DNA from: a virus
DNA length: 64,000 nt
Virus record (IMG/VR): IMGVR_UViG_3300030104_003872
Coordinates: 11,291 to 75,290 of that record
Strand: one strand, 5' to 3'
Shown: positions 1 through 12,342 of the stretch, one piece after another
Layout of the letters: each line of letters opens with the position of its first letter
Numbering within the stretch: the first letter of the stretch is position 1
The notes under the pieces: generated by a model
Databases searched by the model: none
Seen by the model: only the letters and a program-made list of their open reading frames with translations
What the model was told of the DNA's origin: nothing
Position numbers and translations under genes: made by a program

Positions 1-6
1 TTTCCA

Positions 7-249
7 TCACATCAACCCATCTATGCCGTATATTGAGGCAATAGTTGCGAGTCCAATTTTCATAAACTTGAATCCTTCGGTTAATATTTGATTAGTAACT
101 GCTTGTGTCTCATAAAGAGCCGCCTGTTGAACATGAAGTGATGCTAGACCATCACCCATCTTCTCAATCAATTCATCATGCTTTTCAACACGTTTTTCTA
201 AGTTTTCAAGCCGTAAATCTTGTACTGCTGGACCTGACGCTCGGCTCAT
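7..249 (-). CDS. small coiled-coil protein with C-terminal hydrophobic helix (holin/XhlA-like membrane protein)
   Basis: Heptad LENLEKRVEKHDELIEKM followed by hydrophobic MKIGLATIASIYGI; last gene of the late block in this window. Confidence 0.4.
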   Translation of the reverse strand: MSRASGPAVQDLRLENLEKRVEKHDELIEKMGDGLASLHVQQAALYETQAVTNQILTEGFKFMKIGLATIASIYGIDGLM

Positions 250-282
250 TAGTGAACAAGAAGTCCAATCCCTGTATGAACC

Positions 283-852
283 TTATGTGTAGCGGGGTCC
301 ACGATACCAACCAACTAGGCTAGTCCTAGAACCATCTAGTATTGATTCAACACAATGCTCTTGATAAGAAAGAAATGCTATGATTGTACCTTTTTTCTTT
401 ACTGCTACCGGATTGGGATTTTCTATGTGCTTGAATCTAAAATCCCCACCTTCATATTCTGATGGGTCTGTTAGTTGTAAGACTAATGATATTTTTCTAT
501 GTGTTCCTGTTTGGTTTGAAAAATCGACATCGTGATGCCAACCGTACTTGTAACCTATATCTTTGTACTCGGTAAATTGTAATTCTGGAAGATAGGATAA
601 TTCCATACCAAAAACTACATTCGCTACCATTGCGTATTTTTCAAAAATCTCATTTATCCAATCGTGTTCATCATCTTTTGGGACCCATCTAATCTGTGTC
701 TTTCTGTTAGGGTCTTCGTATAGTGGGTCTTCACCTGCCCTAAATGTTGTTGCATTTTTACTAGGTAATTTTTCACACCATTCTACTATCTTATCACATA
801 ATTCACTAGGAAGTGCTTCTTCCCATAATAACCAGTCGGGGAATTGTTGCAT
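283..852 (-). CDS. 2OG-Fe(II) oxygenase (prolyl-hydroxylase/PKHD-type)
   Basis: YGWHHD (HxD), RKISLVLQL...YEGGDF, distal H in QEHCV, RTSLVGW; TATA-like CTTAAAAG about 24 nt upstream (leaderless). Confidence 0.9.
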   Translation of the reverse strand: MQQFPDWLLWEEALPSELCDKIVEWCEKLPSKNATTFRAGEDPLYEDPNRKTQIRWVPKDDEHDWINEIFEKYAMVANVVFGMELSYLPELQFTEYKDIGYKYGWHHDVDFSNQTGTHRKISLVLQLTDPSEYEGGDFRFKHIENPNPVAVKKKGTIIAFLSYQEHCVESILDGSRTSLVGWYRGPRYT

Positions 853-886
853 ACCTATCGCACCTAGCCATTACTTTTAAGGCTTT

Positions 887-1435
887 CTAACTAACACCCC
901 AAAACCCTATGTTTGTAGTGTAAGGTGAGTATTTATCACTTACTAATGTCTGATATTCATTAATTGTAATTGGGTTATCAGATAACCATGTATCAGCCCA
1001 TACAGTATCAAAAGAACTACCTTCGGGGGGATTCCATGTTTCAAAGTCTGCAACTATAAGATTAAACGTGTCGTCCTTTGCACAATGCTCCCATACTAAA
1101 TCGACCACATCTTGTTCTAATTCAATAATAGTAACGGCAGTTACATTTGGATTATCAACAAGTGCTTGGTTTATCATTCCTATACCAAGACCGCCCACTA
1201 AAACGTGTCCTGTTGCATTATCCCATAACCATTGATGTTCATTGTATTCTGCTTCTGAATCTTGCATTATAGGCATATCGCAACCTTTTTTCAATAAGAC
1301 TTTGTGAGAAGAATGTGATTCCCTTTTCATTTGTAAATAGACCTGCCACATATTATCTGTGGTTTCGGTAGTATATTCAGCAATTTCATAAATGCCCGAT
1401 ACTCCATTTGGAATATTAACTTGTATTCTGCTCAT
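887..1435 (-). CDS. class I SAM-dependent methyltransferase, spermidine-synthase-like
   Basis: VLVGGLGIG SAM motif, TIIE acidic residue, FDTVWADTW; start moved to ATG 1435, coupled to the upstream stop. Confidence 0.75.
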   Translation of the reverse strand: MSRIQVNIPNGVSGIYEIAEYTTETTDNMWQVYLQMKRESHSSHKVLLKKGCDMPIMQDSEAEYNEHQWLWDNATGHVLVGGLGIGMINQALVDNPNVTAVTIIELEQDVVDLVWEHCAKDDTFNLIVADFETWNPPEGSSFDTVWADTWLSDNPITINEYQTLVSDKYSPYTTNIGFWGVS

Positions 1436-1436
1436 A

Positions 1437-2342
1437 TTATGTCCACTCGTGAGTCCAATAAACGTAATCTGATTCAAATGTCTGGTCTGGATTTGGTGCA
1501 GTCCAAGTTTTAACTACCCTTATCTTGCAGGTAAATGTATCTCCAACAGAAGGTAAAATCACTCCTCCTCTGCCTCCTCCCCACACTTGCATAAAGGCTT
1601 CTCCAGTATGAATACCATTTCTATTTGAATTAGGAGTATAGCCGGAATTAGTCGCCGCTATGATAGTACCATCTTGAAACCAAGGGTCAGCAAGGTTTCC
1701 AGAGCCATATACCCCATTTCCATTACTCATAGACTGTGAATGAACTGACCTTTCCCATTTATAACTTGTGTTTGTTGTGGTTGTGCTTAAGTCTCTTGCG
1801 GCCGCTAAAATGTAAAATACTATTGCCCCTGTTGTACGACCACTCATCCATGAAGTAATGTCAGATACACTACAAGTAGTCCAAACTGTTCCCCCATTTT
1901 GAGGCCCTCTGCCCACGCCCCATAGAAGATTATCTTCGTCACCATCCAAGTCGTTAAGAGCCTTATAACCACCTCTATAATGACCCGAGCCACCATAAAA
2001 ACCATCTGTAACCCCCAATGCGAAACCAGACTGAGGGATTAGTGGGCTTGAACCAGATTGACAAGCATATACTTGAAATCCATTAATAGCACCATTGGCT
2101 ACATCTTTATGAGATTTATCCCATTCAGAAACTAATGCTGAACCTGCCGTACCGTGTAGTGGAGTAACTGTCGTACCGATAAACAACAATTTATTTCCCG
2201 AATGCGATTGTCCTCCAGTACCCGCACCATAAGGACCTGCACCTCCAGCACCATTATCCGGCCAATCCGAAGGCTCTAATAGAGTTTCATATCCTCCAGC
2301 CTCAACACAACCAAGTAGTGCCGTTACCATTCTATCAACCAC
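1437..2342 (-). CDS. Gly/Ser/Thr-rich putative virion (tail-tip) protein
   Basis: Overlaps the end of the fibre gene; beta-rich composition; no motif recognised. Confidence 0.45.
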   Translation of the reverse strand: MVDRMVTALLGCVEAGGYETLLEPSDWPDNGAGGAGPYGAGTGGQSHSGNKLLFIGTTVTPLHGTAGSALVSEWDKSHKDVANGAINGFQVYACQSGSSPLIPQSGFALGVTDGFYGGSGHYRGGYKALNDLDGDEDNLLWGVGRGPQNGGTVWTTCSVSDITSWMSGRTTGAIVFYILAAARDLSTTTTNTSYKWERSVHSQSMSNGNGVYGSGNLADPWFQDGTIIAATNSGYTPNSNRNGIHTGEAFMQVWGGGRGGVILPSVGDTFTCKIRVVKTWTAPNPDQTFESDYVYWTHEWT

Positions 2343-5300
2343 CTAGATGAATCCATGTACTAGCACTACCATTATTAGCAATACAGATAAATGTCCTTGC
2401 CCCACTAGGAGCAATACTATGGGCTTGTCTCCAATTTGTTGAAATGCTACCACCATTAAGGGCAACAGTCTTATTAAAATTGGTATTGTTTAATACAGTA
2501 AATGATACTCCGACAGCACAATTTGACGGTAGAGTAAGATTGTTACCAGTCCAATTTATTACATAACCATCTTGCGTACTTGCGTTTAATGTGGTATTGC
2601 TTGCTACGCCTAGAACAGTCATTCCACCCGACCCAGATGGACCAGTAGGTCCTGTTGGACCGGTCGGTCCTGTGGGACCTGTTGGTCCTGCTGAACCATT
2701 TGACCCATCAGAGCCATCGCTACCGGCAGGTCCAGTAGGACCCGTAGGACCAGTCGGACCCGTAGGTCCCGTAGGTCCTGCTGAACCGTCTGAACCATCA
2801 TCACCGTCTGCTCCCGCAGGACCGGTTGGTCCGGCTGGACCTGTAGAACCTGTGGGTCCAGTTGGTCCTGTAGGACCTGTTGCACCCGCCGGAATACTAA
2901 ACGCAAAGACTTTAGCAGTTGCAGGTCCACTTGCACTCACACCAATAGGTCCTGTGCTTGCGGTCGGTGTTCCAAAACCAGCCGCCGTTCCGGTGGGTCC
3001 AGTTGGACCCGTAGGTCCTGTTCCTCCGTCCGAACCATCGTCTCCATCTGCTCCTGCCGGTCCCGTTGGACCAGTAGGTCCTGTTGGTCCAGTTGCTCCA
3101 TTTGACCCATCACTACCTGCTGGTCCCGAAGGTCCTGTCGGACCAGTAGGTCCCGTTGGACCCGTACTTCCAGTAGGTCCTGATGGTCCGGTTGAACCTG
3201 TTATGTCTGCAATTTCAGACCATGAGCCCGATGCTTTCTTGTAAATCTTATCGTTGCTTGTATTGAAATGAAAGTCTCCGTTTGAACCCCCGCTTGGTGT
3301 TGTATTGCTTGAAGTCCATGTGGCTCCATTAGTACCTGCACTTCCCGTACTTCCTGTCGGACCATTTGGTCCAGTTGGTCCAGTAGGTCCGGTGGGACCA
3401 CTAGGTCCTGTGCTTCCATCATTACCGTCATCTCCGTCTGCCCCTGCTGGACCCGTAGGACCCGCTGCTCCCGTTGGTCCTGTGGGACCGGCCGCTCCTG
3501 TGGGTCCTGTTGGACCAGTAGCACCATCTGACCCTGCACTTCCTTGTGGTCCTGCTGGACCTTGTGGACCCGTTGGACCTGGAGGCCCTGCTGAGCCATC
3601 ACTCCCGTCTGAACCCGAAGGTCCAGTTGGTCCGGTTGGACCGGCCGGTCCAGTAGGTCCTGTACTTCCTGTGTCTCCTTTATCACCTGTTCGGGCAAAG
3701 GTTACGCTTACATCTTCTCCATTTGAAAATGGTGCTGATGCAGAAGAATCTACTGTGCTTACTGTAATATCGAAATAACCACTTTCTTCTGTTAGTGAGG
3801 ATATAGTATGTAATGTAAATTGAGATGAATCGGTTAAGTTAGAAATCTTCACATGGCCTTTAATAGTCGAAGTGGAATCATCTATTGTACGAAGGAATGA
3901 TTGAATGTCTGTTCCATCAAGGTCGCTATCATCAATATAGATTCCAGTTGCTCCGCTTTGTGTTGCGTTATCTAATCTAATCTTTCCTGCTCCGGGGTCA
4001 GATTTTGAAGTGGTTGTGGAAAAATCATACTTAAAAGTTGCTCCACCAAAAGAACCTTGAGCTCCTGTTGGTCCTGTGGGACCTGTTGGTCCTGTATTTC
4101 CTTGACTTCCCGAAGGTCCGCTAGGTCCTGTGGGTCCTGTTGGACCAGTAGGACCTGTACTTCCGTCGCTTCCATCCGAGCCAGCGGCTCCTGTTGGACC
4201 TGGAGGCCCTGCACCCCCACTTGGTCCCGAAGGACCTGTTGGACCGGTAGGTCCTGTGGGTCCGGCACTTCCATCAGAACCGTCTGAACCTGCGGGTCCA
4301 CCCGGTCCAGTTGGACCTGTTGCTCCAGTTGGACCTGCTGGTCCAGTAGGACCAGTTGCTCCTGTACTTCCTGTAATATCTGCTATTTCGCCCCAAGAAC
4401 CGGAAGTCTTTTTGTATATTTTATCATTAGATGTGTTAAAGTGGAAATCACCATTAGAGCCACCCGAAGGTGTGGTGTTTGAAGAAGTCCATGTTGCTCC
4501 ATCACTTCCACTTGGTCCTGTTGGACCGGAAGGTCCCGTACTTCCCTGTGGTCCCGTTGGACCAGAACCTCCTGTTGGACCTGTTGGTCCAGTTGCTCCT
4601 TGAGGACCTGTCGGACCTGCTGGACCGGCCGCTCCTGCATCACCATCTGCTCCTGCTGGACCAGTAGAACCTGAGGGTCCGGTTGGTCCTGCTGAACCTG
4701 CGGGTCCTGTTGGACCTGTCGCTCCATCGTTACCATCTGAACCATCTGAACCACTTGGTCCTGTGGGACCTGGAGGACCTGCTGAGCCTGTACTGCCTGT
4801 GGGTCCGGATGGTCCTGCCGGACCAGTTGGACCACTTGGTCCTGCCGGACCTGTGGCTCCGGTATCACCCTTATCTCCAGTTCTTGCGAATGTAATATAA
4901 ACATCGTCATCATTTGCGAATGGGCTTGATGCAGATGAAGCAACATTGGCTACTGTAACTTTGAAGTAACCTGTTGCATCAACTAGGGAAGCGATAGTAA
5001 ATAATAAGAAATCAGATTGGTCGGACTTCTTACTAATCTTAATATGCCCTTTGATTGTTGAAGTTGAATCATCAATAGTTTGAAGGAAAGAGGATATATC
5101 GTCATTGTTTTTATCGTCATCGTCTATGTAGAGAATAGTAGCAGATGTTTGGGTGCTAAAGTTATTGAATCTGAAATATCCACTACCGGGAGCAGAATCA
5201 GTTGTGTGGCTAGATGTATCATAGTGGAATGTTGCCCCACTAAAAGCACCATCTGGTCCCGTTGGACCCGTTGGACCCGTAGGTCCTGTTGGACCAGTGC

Positions 5301-7770
5301 TTCCGGCAGGTCCACTTGGTCCGGTTGGTCCCGTACTTCCGGCGGCTCCATCGCTACCATCATTTCCCGCAGGTCCAGTTGGTCCAGCAGGACCAGTTGG
5401 TCCCGTTGCTCCTTGTGGACCTGTACTTCCGCTAGGTCCGGCTGGTCCCGAAGGTCCTGTACTTCCTTGTGGACCAGTTGCACCCGAAGGTCCTTGAGAA
5501 CCCGTTGCACCTGTTGGACCACTAGGTCCAGTTGGACCCGCTGGTCCTGTATCACCTTTAGATGCTAAAACATCCCAATAAGATGTGTTAGTTGGTAATA
5601 TCGAGCCGGATGAAGTGTGTGCTTGGTTACAGATATAAGATGTACCGGAATAGAAAACTCCATCATCAACAGAATATGTTGTTCCACTAGCCCACGCATC
5701 ACGCCATGTTATTCCTTCTGCCCCTTGTGCTCCTGCTGGTCCAGTTGGACCTGTGCTTCCTGTTGGTCCCGCCGGACCGGTCGGACCTGTGGGTCCTGTT
5801 GAACCATCTGAGCCGTCGCTTCCGTCTGAACCTGCCGGACCTGCTGGTCCCGTAGGTCCGCTTGGACCTGTCGGACCCGTTGGTCCTGTGGCTCCGTTTG
5901 AACCATTAGAACCTGCTGGTCCAGTTGCTCCCTGTGGACCAGTTGGTCCTGTTGCACCAGTAGCACCTGCTTGTACTAAAACATTCCAATATGCTCCTGT
6001 TGTTGGAAGAATAGACCCAGATGAAGTATGTGCTTGTATGCAAATGTAAGATTGTCCGTTACTTGTGTAATATACTGCGTCATCGACCGCATAAGCAGTT
6101 GAAGTAACCCAATTCCCATCCCAATTTATTCCATCCGGTCCTGTTGGACCTGTTGGACCCGATGGACCGTTTGGTCCTGTTGGACCAGTAGGTCCGGCTG
6201 GACCTTGTGTTCCTTGTGGTCCTGTTGCTCCCACAGGTCCTGTTGCACCAGTAGCACCAGTAGGTCCGACAGGACCTAACGCACCAGTAGAACCTGTTGG
6301 ACCTGCATCACCTTGCGGTCCACTAGGACCACTAGGACCAGTTGGTCCGGTATTACCTGCTGGACCAGTAGGTCCACTTGGTCCCGCAGGACCCGTTGGT
6401 CCAGTTGAACCTATATCACCTGTTCTAGTGAATGTGACCGCAAGGTCTTCACCATCAGAAAATGGGGAATTAGCGGATGAATCAATAGCGGTTACTGTTA
6501 TCTCGAAATAACCTATCTTTTCAGCAAGAGCCGTGATTTGCCATATAATAAAATCAGAGGAATCATCGTAATCACTTATTCTAACGTGTCCTTTTACTGT
6601 TGATGTGGAATCGTCAATAGTTCTCAAAAAAGATTGAATATCATTTGAATCCTTATCTGAATCGTCAATGTAAATACGGGATGCTCCATTTTGTGTTGAA
6701 TCATTAAACTTTACCTTTCCTGCTCCGGGGTCGCTATCTGCAATACTTCCTGTTTCCATTTCATACTTGAAAGATGCTCCACCAAAAACACCTGCTGGAC
6801 CTGTTGGACCCGTAGGACCAGATGCCCCAGTAGGACCCGCTGGTCCTGTGGCTCCGGTTGCACCTGCTGGTCCTGTAGGACCTGTGGGACCTGTTGCCCC
6901 ATCATCTCCATCTGCTCCTGATGGTCCGGCTGGACCTGTTGGTCCAGAGGGTCCTGTATTTCCTGTTGGTCCCGAAGGACCCGGAGGACCTGCCGCTCCA
7001 TCTGGTCCTGTTGCTCCGGCATTTCCGGTTGGACCCGCTGGACCTGTCGCCCCTTGTGGACCTGTTGGTCCTTGTGGTCCTGTTGCTCCATCTGAACCGG
7101 AAGGTCCTGCTGGACCGGATGGACCTGCTGCTCCTGCTGGACCAGTTGGACCAGTAGAACCGTCATTCCCATCTGAACCGGAAGGTCCCGAAGGTCCTGT
7201 CGGACCTGTTGCTCCTTGAGGACCTGTCGGACCTGATGGTCCAGTCGCACCGTCGCTTCCATCAGAACCCGCTGGTCCTGTGGGTCCTGCTGGACCTGTT
7301 GCTCCAGTTGGTCCATCTGCACCTGCTCTTGCTAATAATACAAGCCATGTGTTAGTATCTGTTTTAATTAGTTCTCCACCTTCATATTGTGCTACCGAAT
7401 GTGAAGAAGGGTTTATTGTTACCCCTGTACCTGCACTAAATGTTAATGCACCTGCTCCTAGATTGATGAAAGGGATTCTTGTTAAGTCTGTTGGGAATGG
7501 AATAGATGAATTAGGGGGAATAGTAATTGCTACTGCTGAACCACTAGTAACATGAAGAATACGACCTTCATCAGTTCTTGTTAATGTTGTTGATGATGTT
7601 ATGTTATTAAATGGCCTTGTATCAACTGCTCGCCCACCTGCGGTTGAACCATCACCAACGAATAGTGCTCCTGATGTGGTGTCTTTTATTAATTGTTCAG
7701 TTGCAGGGGTAACTGATAATCTATTACCTTGTGTATCGGAAATAAGGTTCTTATTGCTTGTGATACTCAT
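2335..7770 (-). CDS. collagen-like tail fibre/adhesin (1811 aa) with repeated globular domains
   Basis: Long (G-P-T/S/A)n tracts interrupted by three ~120-aa [19 protein letters not shown] domains, two W..W...Y.V.D.V.Y...YIC..AHTS (CBM5/12-like) modules and two [22 protein letters not shown] modules. Confidence 0.85.
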   Translation of the reverse strand: MSITSNKNLISDTQGNRLSVTPATEQLIKDTTSGALFVGDGSTAGGRAVDTRPFNNITSSTTLTRTDEGRILHVTSGSAVAITIPPNSSIPFPTDLTRIPFINLGAGALTFSAGTGVTINPSSHSVAQYEGGELIKTDTNTWLVLLARAGADGPTGATGPAGPTGPAGSDGSDGATGPSGPTGPQGATGPTGPSGPSGSDGNDGSTGPTGPAGAAGPSGPAGPSGSDGATGPQGPTGPQGATGPAGPTGNAGATGPDGAAGPPGPSGPTGNTGPSGPTGPAGPSGADGDDGATGPTGPTGPAGATGATGPAGPTGASGPTGPTGPAGVFGGASFKYEMETGSIADSDPGAGKVKFNDSTQNGASRIYIDDSDKDSNDIQSFLRTIDDSTSTVKGHVRISDYDDSSDFIIWQITALAEKIGYFEITVTAIDSSANSPFSDGEDLAVTFTRTGDIGSTGPTGPAGPSGPTGPAGNTGPTGPSGPSGPQGDAGPTGSTGALGPVGPTGATGATGPVGATGPQGTQGPAGPTGPTGPNGPSGPTGPTGPDGINWDGNWVTSTAYAVDDAVYYTSNGQSYICIQAHTSSGSILPTTGAYWNVLVQAGATGATGPTGPQGATGPAGSNGSNGATGPTGPTGPSGPTGPAGPAGSDGSDGSDGSTGPTGPTGPAGPTGSTGPTGPAGAQGAEGITWRDAWASGTTYSVDDGVFYSGTSYICNQAHTSSGSILPTNTSYWDVLASKGDTGPAGPTGPSGPTGATGSQGPSGATGPQGSTGPSGPAGPSGSTGPQGATGPTGPAGPTGPAGNDGSDGAAGSTGPTGPSGPAGSTGPTGPTGPTGPTGPDGAFSGATFHYDTSSHTTDSAPGSGYFRFNNFSTQTSATILYIDDDDKNNDDISSFLQTIDDSTSTIKGHIKISKKSDQSDFLLFTIASLVDATGYFKVTVANVASSASSPFANDDDVYITFARTGDKGDTGATGPAGPSGPTGPAGPSGPTGSTGSAGPPGPTGPSGSDGSDGNDGATGPTGPAGSAGPTGPSGSTGPAGADGDAGAAGPAGPTGPQGATGPTGPTGGSGPTGPQGSTGPSGPTGPSGSDGATWTSSNTTPSGGSNGDFHFNTSNDKIYKKTSGSWGEIADITGSTGATGPTGPAGPTGATGPTGPGGPAGSDGSDGSAGPTGPTGPTGPSGPSGGAGPPGPTGAAGSDGSDGSTGPTGPTGPTGPSGPSGSQGNTGPTGPTGPTGAQGSFGGATFKYDFSTTTSKSDPGAGKIRLDNATQSGATGIYIDDSDLDGTDIQSFLRTIDDSTSTIKGHVKISNLTDSSQFTLHTISSLTEESGYFDITVSTVDSSASAPFSNGEDVSVTFARTGDKGDTGSTGPTGPAGPTGPTGPSGSDGSDGSAGPPGPTGPQGPAGPQGSAGSDGATGPTGPTGAAGPTGPTGAAGPTGPAGADGDDGNDGSTGPSGPTGPTGPTGPNGPTGSTGSAGTNGATWTSSNTTPSGGSNGDFHFNTSNDKIYKKASGSWSEIADITGSTGPSGPTGSTGPTGPTGPTGPSGPAGSDGSNGATGPTGPTGPTGPAGADGDDGSDGGTGPTGPTGPTGTAAGFGTPTASTGPIGVSASGPATAKVFAFSIPAGATGPTGPTGPTGSTGPAGPTGPAGADGDDGSDGSAGPTGPTGPTGPTGPTGPAGSDGSDGSNGSAGPTGPTGPTGPTGPTGPSGSGGMTVLGVASNTTLNASTQDGYVINWTGNNLTLPSNCAVGVSFTVLNNTNFNKTVALNGGSISTNWRQAHSIAPSGARTFICIANNGSASTWIHLGG

Positions 7771-8123
7771 TTACGCTTACCCCCGTAGTATTCTTGAGCA
7801 AGCCCCGACGCTATTAAATGTTCGCCTACGTTCTTTTTTTCGCCATTTTTCTCGATAAAGATTTCACCTAAGCATCGACCGAACTTACCAACACCATGCG
7901 ATTTCATAATAACTTCGTCTGCTTCGTTTAGAAGTTTTGTTAAAACTGCTTTGGCCGCTAAACCTCGTTTCTTTTCTTCTAAGTCCCTAGTCCTTGTTTC
8001 GGGTGTGTTTATCCCGTACATTCTCACACGAATATTCCTATGTGTGAAAAAACCTAAATCAACACTAACGTCGATAGTGTCACCATCAATTATTCTTAAT
8101 ACTTTAACTCTATATTCCCACAT
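7767..8123 (-). CDS. thermonuclease (SNase-like)
   Basis: [18 protein letters not shown] and GKFGRCLG motifs. Confidence 0.9.
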   Translation of the reverse strand: MWEYRVKVLRIIDGDTIDVSVDLGFFTHRNIRVRMYGINTPETRTRDLEEKKRGLAAKAVLTKLLNEADEVIMKSHGVGKFGRCLGEIFIEKNGEKKNVGEHLIASGLAQEYYGGKRK

Positions 8124-8197
8124 CTAAACCACTATGCCTATAAACTTCATGACCTTAAGCATGATAGCGGGTGCGTCTAATTCCACTCCATCATCAG

Positions 8198-8893
8198 TCA
8201 TCTTCTTACCTCTACTGCGTACCAATCAGTACCTCTAGTATATTTGCCACTTAAACCGAAAGTGGAATGAATATCGTAAATCCCATGTGTTATATTCCCT
8301 AATGTGATATTAACATAATCCCATGAAGAACCTTGTGTTTCATATGTAAGATAATCTTGTGAAGTAAAGTTACCTGTTGCATTCTCATACACAGTCCAAT
8401 ATACAGTAAGATTGAATACTTCATCTTCGCAAGATATATCCGCATCCCAACTAATAGTCAAGTTTGTTCCGTTATAATCTAAAATATATGCGTCATACAT
8501 CATAGCCATACAGTCATGCTCTACTGTTTCGTTATCAGTATTATTAGCGGGTGGATTGACAATTACAGTAGTATTATTAGTAGGTTGAATTACATTAGGT
8601 TCATCCGGTTCATCCGAACCATCACGACAATTCTTGTAACCGTCATTTACTAAAGAGGCTTCTATAATCGAACCATCTCCACATTCAAAATCGTCGCCCA
8701 TTTCCCAATCATCGTCAGTAACCCATTCGTCATCACCTTCACCATAAGGTGTAAGGTCAAGAACACCAACTGCTTCTAGACCGGGCATTACTAAGGCAAT
8801 AATAGATGCTAATGTTATGATTAAAGAGCGTATCTCTTGAGCCCTTTCATTAACAGTATCAATAATGGAATCTGCTTCTTCTTGACTCAACAC
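8198..8893 (-). CDS. membrane-anchored surface glycoprotein with an LDL-receptor class A-like repeat
   Basis: N-terminal hydrophobic helix; FECGDGSII...VNDGYKNCRDGSDE; about 11 N-x-T sequons. Confidence 0.7.
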   Translation of the reverse strand: MLSQEEADSIIDTVNERAQEIRSLIITLASIIALVMPGLEAVGVLDLTPYGEGDDEWVTDDDWEMGDDFECGDGSIIEASLVNDGYKNCRDGSDEPDEPNVIQPTNNTTVIVNPPANNTDNETVEHDCMAMMYDAYILDYNGTNLTISWDADISCEDEVFNLTVYWTVYENATGNFTSQDYLTYETQGSSWDYVNITLGNITHGIYDIHSTFGLSGKYTRGTDWYAVEVRR

Positions 8894-8901
8894 AATTCAC
8901 C

Positions 8902-11490
8902 TCACACAACAAGCGACCCAAAAGTTATCACACTCTGAGTACCACTTACGACCAACGGACCCATATCAAGGCTTCCCTTACCTTCTGCTGAAAGCGTCCC
9001 TTGTGGTCCAGTAGGACCGGAAGGTCCGGCCGCTCCAGTCGCACCTGTGGGACCGGTAGGACCAGTTGCTCCTGTTGGTCCTGTGGGACCAGCAACACCT
9101 TGTATTCCTTGCGGACCTGCACTTCCAGTAGGTCCTAAATTACCTGTTGGACCAGAGGGTCCCGTTGGACCAGTAGGTCCAGTTCCTCCGGTTGCCCCAG
9201 TTGCTCCAGTTGCCCCTGCGGGTCCAGTGGCTCCAGAAGGACCAGAAGGTCCGCTAGAACCACTAGGTCCGGTATTACCTGTGGGTCCGCTAGGTCCGGT
9301 TGGACCATTAGCCCCCGTTGGACCGGCGGGTCCCGCAACTGTTGAATCTGCTCCGGCAGGACCGGTAGGACCAGATGGTCCCGAAGGTCCAGTAGGTCCC
9401 GAAGGTCCAGTAGGTCCTGTATTTCCAGTAGGACCAGCAGGTCCTGTTGGACCAGCATCTCCATCATCACCTTTCACTCCTGTTGCACCCGTTGGACCTG
9501 TCGCTCCTGTATTTCCGGCAGGTCCACTAGGACCTGTGGGTCCTGTAGGTCCGGTTGCCCCAGTAGGTCCGGAAGCACCATCTGAACCATCCGCTCCTGC
9601 TGGACCTGTCGCTCCTGTACTTCCTGTGGGACCAGCGGGTCCGGTGGGACCTGTGGGTCCGTCATCACCCTTAGCACCTGTGACTCCTGTTGGACCAGTT
9701 AATCCAGTAGGACCAGCGGGTCCACTAGGTCCGGCAGGTCCAGTTGCACCATCCGACCCATCGTTACCGTCTGCTCCAGCAGGTCCAGTCGCCCCAGTCG
9801 CTCCAGTCGCTCCAGTTGGACCCGCTGCTCCGGCTGGTCCCGAAGGTCCTGAGGGTCCCGCAATACCTTGTAATCCTTGTGCTCCAGTAGCACCTGTGGG
9901 TCCTGTATCTCCTTTATCACCATCTGCTCCAGTCGGACCTGTTGGACCCGTAGCACCTGTCGCACCCGCAGGACCAGTAGGACCAGTAGGTCCAGTCGAA
10001 CCATCTGCTCCGTCATTACCACTAGGTCCCGTTGCCCCTGTGGCTCCGGTCGCACCAGTAACCCCTGTGGGTCCAGCAGGACCAGTAGGTCCAGTAGAGC
10101 CATCTGCTCCAGCGGCTCCTGTTGCTCCTTGAGGACCTGTTGGTCCAACTGCACCTGTTGTTCCGGTACTTCCTGTGGCTCCTGTGGGACCTGCGGGTCC
10201 AGTTGGTCCGTCAGGACCTTCGGGTCCGGTGGGACCAGTTGGTCCTGCACTTCCAGATGGACCTTGTGCTCCCGCCGAACCATCTTGACCGGCTGGTCCT
10301 GTAGGACCGGTGGGTCCAGCAGGTCCTGTTGAGCCAGTTGGACCGCCACTTGTTACTGTCGCCCATTCTAAGCCTGTTGCGGTTGAATTAACACGAAGGA
10401 CTTGATTAGATGTACCTATTGTTGTTACACCTGTTCCACCTTGAAAAATAGGGGTTAGTTCCTGTTCTAAAGGTCCTGTCCCATCAACTGCTCGGTAAAG
10501 ACCATCACTAACCTGTACGAAGTTACCTATACTTCCATTTACTTTAGGTAAAGAGGAAACTTCTATTTCTGCTTTACTATTTCCATAAAGCATACAACCC
10601 GCATCTATTTCTAATTTATGCACGCTTAGGCGGGAATCACCCACCAACTTAGCAAAAAGCCCTACGTTTGCTTTGTAGGTTGCAGGAGTAGGATTATAGA
10701 TATGAAGCCCATACATCTTAGCAACAAACTGCCCCGAACTGCCTCCGTAAGCCCGACCAGAAGAATGATTATTGCTAGTTGGTACTGTTCTAAAACCACT
10801 TGCAGTTCCGGGTAGAGATAATGTAGCATATCCTAAGTTAAGTGTGTTTATAGAAACGGTAAAGGCATTAGCATCAACATTTGTTATTCTAATTTTGACT
10901 TCTCTATCTCTTCTTCCTGAGCCGGATGGGGATATACTAGAGAATGTTGACTGAACATCTAACTTTTCAATATCTATTGTTTCGTTATCTGAATAATATG
11001 GTTGCACATACTGAGGTCTAAATGTTCCTGTATGAAAAATCACAATAGGATGAACTCCCCTATCCATGTGGAATATTCCACCGGAAAACTTAAAAGTAAG
11101 GTTAGAAATATGTGAGCCGTATTCTAAGTTAGCCCCGTTCTTAACATATCTGCCGTCATAGGGGGGTGTTCCGCTAAAAGTTAAGGTTTTTCCGACCGGA
11201 CACTTGACTATACCATCTGCTATAAATCCATTTAATGCAACATTCACATCAAACTTTAAGTACCCTTGAAATCTTCTTTCTGTATTATCTGATGTATCAA
11301 CATCCATTTCTATTTTACTTACGCTCGCAATATCCCAATCACAATTCTCTTCTGAATAATAACCAAAATGTGCGGTATCAGATGCTCCGGGAGCGGCGAG
11401 GGCATTTGCACCTGTTGGAGAACCTGCGTGCCAATTAGATGCCGTAGAGGCATCGGTATCTGTATCTCCTATCCAATATAAATCAGCCAT
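8902..11490 (-). CDS. collagen-like fibre protein with an N-terminal beta-helix-like domain
   Basis: LYWIG...ASNW...P..SDTAHF N-terminus, GGTG...[14 protein letters not shown] linker, then about 450 aa of G-X-Y. Confidence 0.8.
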   Translation of the reverse strand: MADLYWIGDTDTDASTASNWHAGSPTGANALAAPGASDTAHFGYYSEENCDWDIASVSKIEMDVDTSDNTERRFQGYLKFDVNVALNGFIADGIVKCPVGKTLTFSGTPPYDGRYVKNGANLEYGSHISNLTFKFSGGIFHMDRGVHPIVIFHTGTFRPQYVQPYYSDNETIDIEKLDVQSTFSSISPSGSGRRDREVKIRITNVDANAFTVSINTLNLGYATLSLPGTASGFRTVPTSNNHSSGRAYGGSSGQFVAKMYGLHIYNPTPATYKANVGLFAKLVGDSRLSVHKLEIDAGCMLYGNSKAEIEVSSLPKVNGSIGNFVQVSDGLYRAVDGTGPLEQELTPIFQGGTGVTTIGTSNQVLRVNSTATGLEWATVTSGGPTGSTGPAGPTGPTGPAGQDGSAGAQGPSGSAGPTGPTGPEGPDGPTGPAGPTGATGSTGTTGAVGPTGPQGATGAAGADGSTGPTGPAGPTGVTGATGATGATGPSGNDGADGSTGPTGPTGPAGATGATGPTGPTGADGDKGDTGPTGATGAQGLQGIAGPSGPSGPAGAAGPTGATGATGATGPAGADGNDGSDGATGPAGPSGPAGPTGLTGPTGVTGAKGDDGPTGPTGPAGPTGSTGATGPAGADGSDGASGPTGATGPTGPTGPSGPAGNTGATGPTGATGVKGDDGDAGPTGPAGPTGNTGPTGPSGPTGPSGPSGPTGPAGADSTVAGPAGPTGANGPTGPSGPTGNTGPSGSSGPSGPSGATGPAGATGATGATGGTGPTGPTGPSGPTGNLGPTGSAGPQGIQGVAGPTGPTGATGPTGPTGATGAAGPSGPTGPQGTLSAEGKGSLDMGPLVVSGTQSVITFGSLVV

Positions 11491-11496
11491 AAGTCA

Positions 11497-11901
11497 TCAA
11501 ACCGTATTGTCTCCGGACAATCGGCTCGTTGTGCTCTTTGTGCTAAACGCAGTACCACCTACTTCTCTAACTTGTGCATACAAGTCATCGGCTCTTTTAC
11601 TCATTTCTTTCAACTGCTCACGGAATCTTTGTTCCGCGTACCGACCATCTTCTTCTGTATAGTATGAGGGGATTGTGTCAATTAAGACTAATAAACAATC
11701 TACCGCAACTCTTGTTTTGATTACTGCTTCTTTTAAGTCTGTTGAAACTGCGTTTTCTGCGGTAACTCCAAAAAGAGTACTGCTTCTAGCCGTCTTGTTT
11801 ATTTCTAGTGTACGAATGCTAATATATTCGTTAATAGTACCTTCCAAAAGACCTCTAGGACGATTTAACAAGTCTCTGACGTTATCAGTTGTTACTGCCA
11901 T
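11497..11901 (-). CDS. putative head-tail adaptor
   Basis: Position just downstream of MCP; helical MAVTTDNVRDLL N-terminus; GGAGTGG RBS before ATG 11901. Confidence 0.5.
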   Translation of the reverse strand: MAVTTDNVRDLLNRPRGLLEGTINEYISIRTLEINKTARSSTLFGVTAENAVSTDLKEAVIKTRVAVDCLLVLIDTIPSYYTEEDGRYAEQRFREQLKEMSKRADDLYAQVREVGGTAFSTKSTTSRLSGDNTV

Positions 11902-12229
11902 ACCACTCCTCCGGTACATCCATGACCCGCATGGTATTTGGGACTTGTGCTTCGTTAAGCCTCCCAACAACCGTAACAATGTGTGGTTTTGAATCAACTA
12001 TTGCTCTAGCATAAGCACTAGATGGGACCCAAACGCTTTCGTTGTTTGGAAAGTCCCTTGCAGGACCTGTTCCTCTAGATGTTGGCTTAATAGACCTAAG
12101 CACATACCCTTTACCGCTTTCGCGGGTCGCTAGTATAGTTTCTAATTCAGTGACCGTTGCTTTGCTAGGGAAGTCGATGCCTTTGTCTTTTAATTTCTTA
12201 ATCAGACTTGCTCGGTTGCTTTTCGCCAT
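11885..12229 (-). CDS. hypothetical head-module protein with a HeH/LEM-like N-terminus
   Basis: LIKKLKDKGIDFPSKATVTEL; AGGTGA RBS. Confidence 0.5.
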   Translation of the reverse strand: MAKSNRASLIKKLKDKGIDFPSKATVTELETILATRESGKGYVLRSIKPTSRGTGPARDFPNNESVWVPSSAYARAIVDSKPHIVTVVGRLNEAQVPNTMRVMDVPEEWYGSNN

Positions 12230-12332
12230 CTTTCTTCACCTTCTTTGCTTTAGCCTTTGGTTTCACTTCGGGTTCGGCAGGTGGAGCCGTTTCTGACTCC
12301 ACCCACTGATTTCCGATGCGTATTCTCGCCAA
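12198..12332 (-). CDS. small Lys/Pro-rich protein (44 aa, not in ORF track)
   Basis: TTG start after AGGTGG RBS; MARIRIGNQWVESETAPPAEPEVKPKAKAKKVKK...; fills the gap after MCP. Confidence 0.45.
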   Translation of the reverse strand: MARIRIGNQWVESETAPPAEPEVKPKAKAKKVKKDGEKQPSKSD

Positions 12333-12342
12333 TCTAACCACC

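Noticed and set aside
2335-7770. Diversity-generating retroelement targeting the fibre (duplicated domains as TR/VR)
   Set aside because: No reverse transcriptase in the window, and differences between the copies are not adenine-specific
2591-10349. Many long ORFs on the opposite strand or in alternate frames (PVGPVG... and QDQ...-rich)
   Set aside because: These are shadows of the GGN-CCN-ACN collagen repeats, which lack stops in other frames; no RBS or promoter support
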